From Catajapyx aquilonaris (lineage: Eukaryota), in NCBI GenBank assembly GCA_000934665.2, contig KZ538811.1:1-47228 (forward strand): DNA of 47,228 bases, given 5' to 3'. The notes below the pieces were generated by a model, which saw nothing but the letters and a program-made list of their open reading frames with translations, did not search any database and was not told the DNA's origin. A program made the position numbers and the translations under genes. This document shows, in pieces, positions 36,371 through 47,228 of this stretch; the stretch's first letter is position 1; each line of letters opens with the position of its first letter.

Positions 36371-36897
36371 TACATCTGTTTCAGTTTCTGTTGTGAAGCT
36401 TCAGAAATAAAAAAGTTGTGAATTACTTTTTGATTCGCACTTGTAGTTAAAGTGTGTCCAAAAAGTGGTTCCACACCCATGACTTTTGTGCATTCGGCTC
36501 CAGGAGGGTTATATCGATAATGTGTGCCTATCTGTCGGCCTGCAAGGGCCCGCCTGTATTTGTGGCAAAAAAAATAAAGTGCAAAGCCTTTCTGAGCGCC
36601 CCTCGTATTAACAACAGCAACAAGTGACGTCACTGGGAACTATAAAAAATAAGAGTACACCCCTTTGTTACTTCTATAATTTTTTATTTTAAAATGGAAG
36701 TTTAATTATTACTACTGTATGAAGGTGGTGGGAATAAGTGAGCCCATCATGATGCATAAGGAGAGGTGCATGTTCACAGCAGTAAAAAAACAAAACCCCA
36801 CCTATGAAGGTTAAATGAATGCAGTCAGATTTTTGCACAAGAAACAGAACACAGTAAATGCATAGGAATGAAATTAACAAGCACTCGAAATTTCTTT

Positions 36898-38727
36898 TTA
36901 CTGTAGAGGTCCTTGGTCATCTAGCTCTGTCTTGATGGTCTGTGACATATACATTGGCCGCATTCCACTATTTCCCTGAAATATAATAGTCACATTAACA
37001 ATGGCCCATTCACACAAGCAACAATCCCTACAAATTGTGTGCTGGCATAAGGTGTAACCTCATAATTGCAAGTTAAAATGGTGCAGTTAATACACTCTTC
37101 AGTGCAGGTAGTTCCTGTCTATGCATGGAAAAGTTACTTGAATTCGTCACTCTTCTCATTTTCTGATCTACACATTTTATGTACAAACACTTAAAGAACT
37201 ACTCATATGCAGATGGTTAAATCAAGTTGTAATTTAATGACATATTTTGTAGTTCCCCATATGTATAATAACTCCTTGTGAGGCACAAAGGTACATAAGA
37301 AAATCTTGGGAACAATGAAGTTTCCAATTTTGACTGCTTAAATAGCACAACTGCATTACCTGAGATTGTCCGACCATGACCACTTTGGGTGTTGCTGCTA
37401 CCTGGGGCTTGGCTACAGACTGCGACGATGTCACAAACTTCATTACTGTTGGGGTGCTCATTCCTGTGCTGGGCTTTGGAGTGGGAGGCCTTGAAGTCAC
37501 TATCACATAAGACTGGGATCCTCCTGATCCCCCAGGACCTGACCCACTGCCAGCTCCTCCACCAGAGCCACCTCGAGACCCACTGCCTCCAACCACAATG
37601 GTTCGGGGCTGATTTGAGGTCACTCCAAATGACCTGGAACCCACAGTCGATGGAGCTGGTACAGAAGCTGATGTTGTTGCAACTTGTGATGATGACCGGG
37701 CATGCATCACTCCAGAGTGTAATGACGAGCCTAAGTAGCCATATTCGGCCCTGTATTCATCGACCAAATCAGGAGGTTCCCGTATTGTCTTAATCACTGG
37801 GCACAACACCTTCAGCACCAGCTTCCGAATGTGATCTGCAGCACCTTTGTCCACCAGAGTAACCATAGGTCCTTCCAAGCATGCCTCAAGACGATCTGAA
37901 AGGTAGTGTATTCGTGGCACCACCAGACTCTTGATGACCTCAGTTCCCAACTCGCCCAATCCAGCAATGGCTCCATACAATGAAGGCAAAGGTGTCTTCT
38001 CATTCTGCAACGCCCGGCTGAACATGCGGGTGATGCGAGTTTGCACATTGTTGGTGGAAGTGTTGAAATTCTTGCACACCTGTGACAAGAGTCGCGATGC
38101 AAAATCACGCAGAGCCCAATGGTTGTCAGCCTCTGGACGAAGGCACAGCTGCCGGCTCACAATACAAGTGGCAACAGCAGGTATTAGCTCATGCAGGTAC
38201 TTCTCTAGGTACAAGGTCTGATTCTCCAATAATGCCTTAACCATTCGCATGAGGTAAATGAGCAGAGCAAGATTATTCTGCACCACATTGACTCGCACTC
38301 CTTCAGCTATGAAAGTACACAGCCGAGGTAGCATTTCATGTAGGCCAGGATCTGAGCTGAGACTTTGGAGGGCCTCAGTGCGACGAGTCTCATCTGAACC
38401 GACACAGGCTTCAGTGATCTCTTTGTAGTAGAGCTGCTGCTCTACTGAGAGTTCATGGGTTGCCAGCTGTTTGATATGCACAGTCTCAATGTTTTTCATC
38501 TTTTGCGGTTTGCCTGTGGTCAGTTTGGCAGGGCCCTGGGACTTGTCCTTGATGCCTCCCTTGGCCAGTTTGGCCACAGGGTCAATGCTCTCCAAGCGCT
38601 GCTGCTCCTTTGATATAGCAGGAGGGTTTTCTGGGACAGACGGCTGGATGCCCTCAATACTCAGCCAGTGAGCTAATTTGGAAGAAAACAGGCTTTTATT
38701 ATTTTCTGACCCTCATTTTAAACAAAG

Positions 38728-38793
<66 letters not shown>

Positions 38794-41700
38794 TAATAAT
38801 AATAATAATAATATCATACCCCGTTATCAGCCGGCGGCTCTTTAGGGGGGAGTTTTGTTTTGACTGGAACTCTTTCTTTGCATTTTTACTTCGCTTTTGG
38901 GGATAGGATAGGGACGGAAGGACGCGGCTGTGGCCTATTATTTTAGGAAACAACCCCGGCATTGACCTGGAGGGACCGTGGGAAACCACAGAAAACCACG
39001 GTTAGGGTTGCTGGCCCCGGGGATCGAACCCAGGACCTCCCGATTAGCAGTCAGATACCGTATCCCCTCCCCCACCACTGCTTCGGTTTAAACAAAGGAA
39101 TTAGGTTTAATGTGTTATCCCTTAGGTACTGTGCTGGACAAATTAGCCGTCGCTGAATGTTTTTTTTCGGCGGCGACGGCGGCGGCTAATTTGTCCAGCA
39201 CTGTACTGGCTTATGAGAAATCCTGTCCTTCAAGCAAGGGACACAAGCTTAGCAAATGACTTGGGCAAGCACACAGGAGAGCAACCAATTGCACATGTGT
39301 GGCTATTTGCCTCCTACTTGCCATCTGAATAGACTGGTCACATGCCGAGTTCCTCGACGAGTGGGGGTATGAGGCTACTGCACAAGAGTAATCCTCAGCT
39401 TGGCGGAGTCACTCGCTACATGCAAACCCTGCTTCAGACATACTAGTAACTGATAATTTCTGAGTCAATATTTTCCCTATTCCTTGCAAAATTGCTAATG
39501 AACAGTAATTTATTCATATTAGGTACATGTAGGTATGTATGTAGGTACTTGGAGTTCAGGTGTGGATTTCCGTATGCTGGTTCTTCTCGCTGGCCTGTGG
39601 GTGTTCTGGTCAGTTGGAGGAGAATATTCTAGTCACTTGGAGGAATTCAACAGTTGGTGATTCCTCTTCCTGGGGGGGGGGGGGGGGGGGGGNNNNNNNN
39701 NNNNNNNNNNGTGGGTGGTGAGGGGGGGGGGACCACTTGATTTCTCAAAGTACCACGTTGCATAGTGTAATATTTAAATATTGAGAGTTTGTCATCTGAG
39801 AACTGAGATGGGCAGGGGTGGGGGGCGGGACGGGTTGTTTATAGGGTTATTTTTACAAGTTTTAATTTAGTTCATACGTGGGTTAGCTTGTGGCTCCCGT
39901 CATCGCTGACTACCCCTTATAGGGAAATGTCGTGATGGTGATGATGATGAGGTACATGTCAAAAAGGAACTGCACTATTTTGACAAGGTGGGCTCAAAAA
40001 ATTGGGGAAAAAAATTCATTTCAAGGATGCCATCAAGTTGTCTTTTCATTGGGACAGCAGTATTACGGCTCTGACTGTCCTTTCACCTTATGAACCCACT
40101 GCAACAGATGATGCCCATTTCCCACCTTTGACTTCTCACCCTAGAGTTTGCTTTCAATTTTGAGCCAGTGAACTCGAGATTTTTTGGCTGATTCGTGTTA
40201 AAGGAGTGTAGTGCCCATGATGGGTTACGTGAGATGCTACTTTTCTTGTAAGCTGACATATTTCAAAGCCTTTTAAATACCTCGAATAGAAGCATCCAGT
40301 GGGTACTTGGGAAGCTGTCCATTAATGATCTCCTGCAGATCAACCTCCTTCTCTTCATTAAAGTGAAGTTCCCGCCCACCTCCACTGGCATACCGGAAGG
40401 GAATGGCATCAGGGTTGTAGAAACCATACACGGGCTGTAATGTTTGCCAATTTATATTATTCTGTCAAAGTGAAATTGAACAGCAAGAACAACTCACCTC
40501 TATGTTCTTCACCTTCAATGCATGGTCAATGTCCATTAAGGTAAGCTTTCGTCTCTTTCCATGGGACATGAATTTTGCAGCATCCTTAAAAATACAAATA
40601 TCATCCTTCACAATTGGGTAAAAGTTTGATTATGCAAGTGAATGACAATAAAGGCAGACCAGATGAAGAGCACAGGGGAAAAACGGGGAATGTCCAATTC
40701 CGTTGGGGTTCCTGCCAAGTGCACAGTACAATAGTAGCATAGGTGACACTTATACCTGGAGGCTTTCCATGGGTACAAGGGTGACAGTTGCATATAATGA
40801 CGTCAAGATATCCCTATTATTCTTTAGACACGTGAAGAAATAAAGCTATTTCGTCGATTTTTCATGGACATTTTTTGTGTGACATTCCCCGTTTTTCCCC
40901 TGTGCTCTTCAGATGTAATTAGACAGGAGGTTTTTTCGCGTTTTTGGAAGAATCTACAAAAAAATTGCTTGTGTTGTCATTTGAGGGACCACACGTGACT
41001 AATCTAGTGAGTAACATTGTGTAGTGTCTAGTCTTGATCCTGAGGTCATCAATGGGGCCCTCTTGCCATACCATGAGGAGATTTAAATTCTTAAAGTTTC
41101 AACAGATGCCACAGCGATGCGTTTCGCACCTATGTATTTTTCCTCCCAACTTTGTCACCCCTGCGCTGACAAGAAGTAGGGGATTGCAGCCCTGGGACTG
41201 CTGAACAGACCAGTATGCATGAATAATACATCACAGGACAGGCATCCCTGCTACAGAGACAAACATACAGAGTGGAAACCTACCGTTTCGCCAGCATAAT
41301 TTTTCAAAGTTGCCATTACATATATGTGACGCCCGTCCTATAAGGGTTAAATCACATTGAAATTACATAAATTACTGTGATGATTGAACATAAATGAGCA
41401 TTAATGTGGAAATAGTGTGTAAAACCATCAGTTGCAAAGTTAGAAGTCATAAATACACAGCACCACCACTAGGTAATCACGAAGTAATATTTAGAGGTAG
41501 TTTTTATGCAGATGCTAATTGTCTCCTGTTTATGTGTTCCTCTTCGGTCTGGTCTGTACACACCATTTACTTTCAGCCCAATAAGCATTTTTTTTTTTTT
41601 TTTAAAGCTAATTATAAAGTGCAGTCACACCAACAAGATCATGGTAAGATATACTAAAACTGCATTACTTTCCTCAGATCCTGACTGACCTGGACAATAA

Positions 41701-41839
41701 GTTTAATTCGATAGCTGACATCCTCGGAGAGGTCCCTTGCAGCCTCGTCTGGCAGGTTGGCAATGCTGACACTCTCCGCAATGGATTTGATGGCCTCTGA
41801 CGAGAAGGTGGTCCCGAACGGCAGGTCTGGATCCCCCAT
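36898..41839 (-). CDS. TAF6: TFIID subunit 6; exons 41839-41690, 40584-40498, 40434-40281, 38672-37360, 36975-36898 (593 aa)
   Basis: Histone fold IKSIAESV...[26 protein letters not shown]...[63 protein letters not shown]. The last small exon is inferred from splice sites and frame. Confidence 0.96.
38732..39086 (-). mobile_element. tRNA-derived SINE (GCT-anticodon-like head) with (TTA)n tail, in TAF6 intron 3
   Basis: Head ...CTGACTGCTAATCGGGAGGTCCTGGGTTCGATCCCCGG; 15-bp TSD TTTAAACAAAGGAAT at 38717-38731 and 39087-39101. Confidence 0.9.
39129..39203. mobile_element. 75-bp mini-MITE
   Basis: GTGCTGGACAAATTAGCCG / CGGCTAATTTGTCCAGCAC inverted repeat flanked by TA. Confidence 0.75.
40660..40915. 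mobile_element. MITE in TAF6 intron 1
   Basis: TGAAGAGCACAGGGGAAAAACGGGGAATGTC / GACATTCCCCGTTTTTCCCCTGTGCTCTTCA, a perfect 31-bp inverted repeat. Confidence 0.85.
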
Positions 41840-42116
41840 CTCTCCCGGTGGCCTGTGACCTGCAGCCGCCTCTCACTGAGGGAATACCTGCCCAGGTAAA
41901 CTGCTGCCTTCCTTCAACACCTGTAAGTGCGGCCCAGGGTGAGTTTGACGGCCCCACTCATTGACTATTACCTTCAGGTGGTGCAGGACGAGGTAGCCAT
42001 GCCCTGCCTAGGCCCTCACCGAGAAATCATCCGCGACGAAACGCCGGGTCTGACGGAGCGAAAGCAGAGGGTGAGCAGAGCAGGAGCAGAGCGTCGTCAA
42101 CTCCACCCGATCTCAG

Positions 42117-42127
42117 CGGCCATCTTG
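42117..42127 (-). promoter_or_regulatory. YY1/Pho-type motif CAAGATGGCCG near the presumed TAF6 TSS, in the TAF6/ACOT9 divergent region
   Basis: Close match to the CAAGATGGCG(G) consensus at the edge of a GC-rich leader; a minus-strand donor AAG|GTAATA near 41971 suggests a 5'UTR exon. Confidence 0.5.
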
Positions 42128-42799
42128 TTTTCCTCCAATCCGCTGTCATTGGGTCCAGGTGAAGATGTTTGTTAAAATATCTCTGAGAGTTTATAAGAAA
42201 TAACACTACCTAACTACGCTAAAATTGGTACAAATTCAATCATTTCAGTGAACTAACTTCAATAAATAATGTTGCTTAAGAAAAAAGTAATAAAATCATC
42301 GATCTGAGAACCATGGAGAGATCCTTGGGGGGAGATCTGGCAACAGCGCGCCGCAGATCTCTTCATTCTCTTGACGGCTCCGCACATTTTGGGTTTGCTT
42401 CACGTGGTCTGTTTCCTTCTTTGGACAGGCGTGCAGAAATGTCGATGATGAATTAGGGCCGGATCCACCAGCAGTGCAAGCAAACAAAAGGCACGGTAGT
42501 AACTTGGTGTAGCGAGACTTGCAGTGGGCCGTGGACAGGGGGAAGAGGAATGGTTTCTTGTTTATTGCAGGCAGCTTAACCCTGTCTTTATTTATAGCGC
42601 TTACGTTTTGGTTGGGAAATGGAAGAAAAAGGCGGCTGCCTGTGGCTGCTGGGGGGTTGGAGAGCTGAGGGGAGGGAGGGAGATCCAAGGCTGCCTGTGG
42701 TGTTCAGTCGATGGGGTGAACCTGCATTAACTCGAGTCATTTATTGCAGGTTGAGTCCTGGGAAGGTGCTTCTCTGCCATTCAACAGTACGTCATCATC

Positions 42800-44642
42800 A
42801 TGGCACTAAAGCAACTCGTAGGACTTGCTGTCAGACCACTTCTTGAAAACAGGTACTTCACTTTTTATATATGGAGCTGAAGAAAATTTACACCCAAATA
42901 CAATATCTGCATCATGAGTAAAATGACATATTTTCAGCAGTTATGATGCATCCTAGAAGGGTTATGTTTCTGGCGGAACATTATTTAGTTAAGCTTAATT
43001 ACAGTTTAATCTTCACATAATTATGTTGTGATGCACTTACTGGATTGTATATATGTATGACTTTGTAACATAATCCCTGTCATGCTGAACCAGTGAAGCT
43101 GTTAAATGAACATTATATTATTGTTATTATTATTAATACACACCAAACATTATTCTGGAAATGTGCCATGCATTTACATTATGCAATGCCATTAACAATG
43201 TAACAATTTATAAATACAGGGTGGTCCAACTTTTTTGTCCGAACAGCTATTGACAAATTCGGCCTAAGCTGCTTATGTTGTAGTGAGTTACCTGGCGACC
43301 CCGGCCGGCGGGCCAATTCAAACATCAGCCCATGGAGACGAGTGGTGTTCTTTCCATTGTCGATTCCATATCCGGCCAAGAGCTTCCAGGGCTCTAATAA
43401 TACACAATTAACCTGGCCCCAGTGGCAGAGGAGCACCATGAGAACCTGCACATACTCCAACTCTGAGAGGTGCGACTAAGCACTCTCCATGTGCTGATGT
43501 TTGAATTGGCCCGCCGGCCGGGGTTGCCAGGTAACGCACTACAACATAAGCAGCTTAGGCCGAATTTGTCAATAGCTGTTCGGACAAAAAAGTTGGACCA
43601 CCCTGTATACATGTAGTATTGGTTTAAATGGAGTTTATATTACATCACACACACAAAATTTATCTCAATCTACTTGGATGCTGTGTTATTTTATAACTGA
43701 CCTGGAATGGAGTCATTAATAATTAATATTGATCATGGCTGAGTACAGGTATGTCCTGACCATGGGAATAAGAGGGGCGGCACGGTTACTTGAAGGTCTT
43801 CCGGACCCACCATATCAATCTGGACGAGATGGTATGATCTCTTGAGTCACATTGTGAGGGTGTATCATGTAACACTTCTTTTCTTCAACAGTTATAGAAC
43901 GCTTCTCACAGATGATAGGCACTCCTTCCTCGTATCAGAAGGACTATCGCCCTGAAGTGGAACGTCTTAATCTTTTTGAACTTCTTCCTGAAAGTCAAGA
44001 GGAGATGCCACCTCGAACCATGAAAGCAAGTGCATATTGTTTCAAATTGTCCCTATGATTAGTTGATTGTACCCTGAAAATTTGTAATGTAATTGTATTT
44101 ACAATCTAAGTGTAACATGAACCTATCACCAGATATGCTCATGTACTGTACTATGGCTTGCAAACCCTACTGATTTGGAACTTCACTAAAAAACATAATG
44201 CCAGCTCATCACCAGATATGTTCATGTGTTATGGTTATGATCCTACCACGTTAGAGAGTGGTTGTGAAGCACATGTCGTATGTATCCTTAATCCTGAACC
44301 GTAACTGGTCATCTTGCTAATCCCAAACTGGCTACCATGATCCAGATATAGCACTCGCTTGTCAATAGTCACTGGGGTTTACTGAGCCTTGACTGATTTC
44401 CCTGAGGGACTCTGTGACACACATCTCATTCATACCTGGTCATATAATTTATTCAAAAACATTCTAGTGCATTGAATACCAGCGCAGCACTTGTGACATT
44501 TCTTACTTTCTGTCAGAGTAGGATAGCTACGATGTCGTCCACATTCCTCTGTCACAGCATGTAGGACTGCAGGAGAGATTCACAAATGCTGTGGGAAGAA
44601 TTCGAATAGGGCGACTCATGGAAGAACTGGATTATTTTGGAG
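42800..44642 (+). CDS. ACOT9: Acyl-CoA thioesterase 9, mitochondrial (5' partial; continues beyond the window); exons 42800-42852, 43749-43831, 43892-44025, 44522-44642
   Basis: Spliced peptide ...LFELLPESQEEMPPRTMK|DSYDVVHIPLS...LQERFTNAVGRIRIGRLMEELDYFG matches the N-terminal ACOT9 HotDog block. Presequence-like MALKQLVGLAVRPLLENRYVLTMGIRG. Missed by the ORF track. Confidence 0.85.
43217..43605. mobile_element. Young Tc1/mariner-type MITE with ~120-bp TIRs in ACOT9 intron 1
   Basis: CAGGGTGGTCCAACTTTTTTGTCCGAACAGCTATTGACAAATTCGGCCTAAGCTGC... with a near-perfect inverted copy ending at 43605; TA TSD. Confidence 0.93.
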
Positions 44643-45253
44643 GTCAGTACTGTTTTATTCAGCAGTTGAGGAGCTTCACAAAACATCATAAGTGTTTAGT
44701 GCAGCGGTTCCCAAAGTGTGGGGCGCGAGACAATTTCTGGTGGGGCGTGGAAGGTTTTGAAATTTGACAATTTTGCATTATAAGTATGAGCACCATATGG
44801 CATATGCTAAGTTCTAGGGACAGGCGTGGTTGACTCGATATTATATTCCATTTATACAGGGTGTTTCAACTATTTTGTCCAAACAGTTATCGGAAAATTG
44901 CACGTAGCTGCTACTTTGTAAGCAGTGACTTGCAACTGGTGATTTGTCGGAGGAATGGGGGAAAAGAGGGTCATCACATCTCATGGTTATTAGAGGGGAC
45001 TGGAGTACAGTGGACCTCTTTAGAACATTTGAATTTTTATAAGAGCTCCTGTTATACCTACACACCCAATATTTTCCGACATGGTGGAGGTACCCATTGG
45101 TAATATAAGTGACTAATATATTCACAGGCAGTTCCATCTCTTTGGCTTAAATTTTTTTTAGAAGCTGCCGTATGCAAATGGACCACTGTGCCCCAGTAGT
45201 GATCCGGAAGTGATTGGGACCCCTAATTTACACCAGAAGTATATTTTATTATT

Positions 45254-46130
45254 TGGAGGGCTCGAGAGAAAAACGTGATAACCGCCAGTGAAAAATGTAA
45301 AAAGTTCTTGCCCTGATTTTTTCAATGAAGCACAGGGGGTGTCCTGTGGGTAGGTGTGGAGTACCTTCATGAGTATTCGTGAATTTTCCCCCACCTGCAG
45401 AGGGCACCAGTCACTAACAGTCAGCCTGTGAGCCTACTGCCGCATGCCGGTTCACACGTTTTACTCCTGAGACATTCAATTCGTGCCAAAGCTACCTACC
45501 GACGGAGCTGCAAGTCTCGCAGGACATTCTGAATTCCTCAAACGGTGACCCCGACTTCCTGAACACTGTCATGACTGGTGACGTGGGTAGTATACTGCTC
45601 AAGTTGTTCTGTCATTTTCGCGGAAAATGAAAATTCAGCGGACGCTGAGTACCCTCAGTCACTCACAGGCTGACTGCCAGTGACTGACTGTCTTTGCTGG
45701 TGGCGAAAAAATTCACGAATACTTATGAAGGTACTCCCTACCAGAGGATACCTTCCGCCACGGAAAAAATCAGGTCGAGAACTTTTTGCATTTTTAACTT
45801 TAGTGGGGGCTTAACGTCGGCCTATTTCTGCCGCTAGGCTCAACACTAATGCCAGGGGGGTGGTCCTCCTGGAAATTTGGCCGCTCTGGGGATCTTTAAC
45901 ATGCACTGGTGCAGTGTCACAAGCACACGGGACTGACGGCTTTACTTCCCATCCGAAGGAAGGCGCTCTCTCACTTTTCTACCACCGGAGAAAAGTCACC
46001 GACCTCGGCCGGGTTCGAACCCACAACTTTGGGACTAGAGGCAAGCGCACTCACCACCAGACCACCAGCGCTGGCCTGCATTTTTCACTGGCATAGTGGC
46101 GGTTATCACGTTTTTATCCCGAGCCCTCCA
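45254..46130 (+). mobile_element. Internally deleted mariner element with transposase remnant, interrupted by a SINE
   Basis: TIR GGAGGGCTCGAGAGAAAAACGTGATAACCGCCA / TGGCGGTTATCACGTTTTTATCCCGAGCCCTCC; remnant peptides FVPKL (WVPREL-like) and DPDFLNTVMTGD (TGDE motif) at ~45475-45585. Confidence 0.8.
45796..46076 (-). mobile_element. tRNA-derived SINE with Deu/Nin-like central domain, inserted into the mariner right arm
   Basis: A box TGGTCTGGTGG, B box GGTTCGAACCC; body CCTTCGGATGGGAAGTAAAGCCG...GTTAAAGATCCC; 9-bp TSD TGCATTTTT at 45787-45795 and 46077-46085. Confidence 0.85.
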
Positions 46131-46163
46131 TTAATCCTATCTAACTCCACTGAATAAACAGGA

Positions 46164-46586
46164 AATTTATTTTTATTCATTTTTATTTATTTATTTTTAT
46201 TTATTTATTTATATTCATTTATTTTTATTCGTTTTTATTTATTTATTTTTATTTATTTATTTTTATTTATTTTTATTCATTTTTATTCATTTTTATTCAT
46301 TTATTTTTATTTATTGTATCCCATTGGGAGAATCAATGCTCCATTAGATGGGTGGAATACCAGCATTTCATCACTCAATATTTCTGAAATTTATTCCTCA
46401 CACATGGATGGGGCCATAGATAGGGAGGGAAGGAAGCGGCTGTGGCCTATTGTACGGAAATGACCCCAGAATTATCCTGGGGGGACCATGGAAAACCACA
46501 GTCAGGGTCACCGGCTCGGGGAATCGAACCCAGGACCTCCCGATTAGCAGTCGGACTCCTTAGCCACTACACCAACCTGCTTCGGT
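46164..46586 (-). mobile_element. tRNA-derived SINE (same head family as 38732-39086) with (AATA/AATAAA)n tail
   Basis: Head GAAGCAGGTTGGTGTAGTGGCTAAGGAGTCCGACTGCTAATCGGGAGGTCCTGGGTTCGATTCCC; 11-bp TSD AATAAACAGGA at 46153-46163 and 46587-46597. Confidence 0.9.
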
Positions 46587-47027
46587 AATAAACAGGACAT
46601 AAATAAAAGGGACTTCTGTTACTGCAAACTGCAGACAAAGTGAAACATCTCCCTCCAGAAATTAGACTTTGTCCTGCCACATCCTTTGGCGCATGAACTT
46701 TATTTCATACTAGTGCCTGTCAAAACCATTAGCATATAAAACTACAATGACATTAAGGACTGTACAGAGGCAAAATGGGGCACAGTCATCCACGAAAAGG
46801 TGCACCCTGGTCCATGGACCACTGTGCCCCAGAGGGCAGCAACTGGCATGATGTTATGAATCATAGCTTCCATTGCAAATGGCGCTTTCCAAATTCCTAG
46901 CATTTATGCACAAAGGATGGCACTATTCAACATTTTTTACATCAAGGTCATGCCCAGCATCTACGCCTAACATGGCATTTAAACTGTGGGATGGAAGTTA
47001 CTTCACTACCCTTCAAATATATTTCCC

Positions 47028-47058
47028 ACTAGCAGGTTACCCGGCGTTGCCCGGGTAT
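47028..47058 (+). mobile_element. Possible Helitron/Helentron-like 5' terminus remnant
   Basis: ACTAGCAGGTTACCCGGCGTTGCCCGGGTA: an ACTAG start plus a short GC hairpin, as seen in insect non-autonomous helitrons. Confidence 0.35.
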
Positions 47059-47228
47059 GTTGGGGTGCTGGTAAAGATAGGGGTACATATCTGTGATAGA
47101 TTACCTGCTTGTCTTATAGCGTACAGTCGACACGGATATTCTGATTGGATGTGTAAAAGGAGGAATGCGGATGGAGTTGGCCCAGGAAAAGACTGCACAG
47201 CCATGTGTTTTTCCCCTGCATTTTTGAC

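Noticed and set aside
46510..46586. tRNA-Ser(GCT)-like gene (also 39010-39086, and tRNA-like heads at 4390-4463 and 46005-46076)
   Set aside because: Each continues into a SINE body with a tail and TSD and lacks a proper acceptor stem; they are SINE heads, not tRNAs

Overview
Eukaryotic, gene-dense 47 kb window, probably arthropod (TCAGTT initiators, short GT-AG introns, tRNA-derived SINEs, mariner/pogo/hAT MITEs). I reconstructed 11 protein-coding genes by hand: SIRT3-like sirtuin (+, intronless CDS), FSIP1-like (+), TatD-family protein (-), PSMD9 (+), MRPL37 (-), Nova/pasilla (+), GSTZ1 (-), mitochondrial-type acetyl-CoA synthetase ACSS1 (+), NDUFA1 (-), TAF6 (-) and the 5' part of ACOT9 (+). 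Eight of them form four head-to-head pairs. Introns and intergenic DNA hold many short transposon derivatives, some nested. Main observations: (1) the TatD ORF is intact but has lost most metal-binding residues, so it may be a pseudo-nuclease; (2) SIRT3, its known substrate ACSS1 and ACOT9 are neighbours along with other mitochondrial genes; (3) two GC-AG introns; (4) an exact 47-bp copy of the Nova TSS region lies in Nova intron 2; (5) SINEs show shuffled heads and tails; (6) convergent genes have overlapping 3' ends. All family assignments come from remembered motifs; no database search was run.
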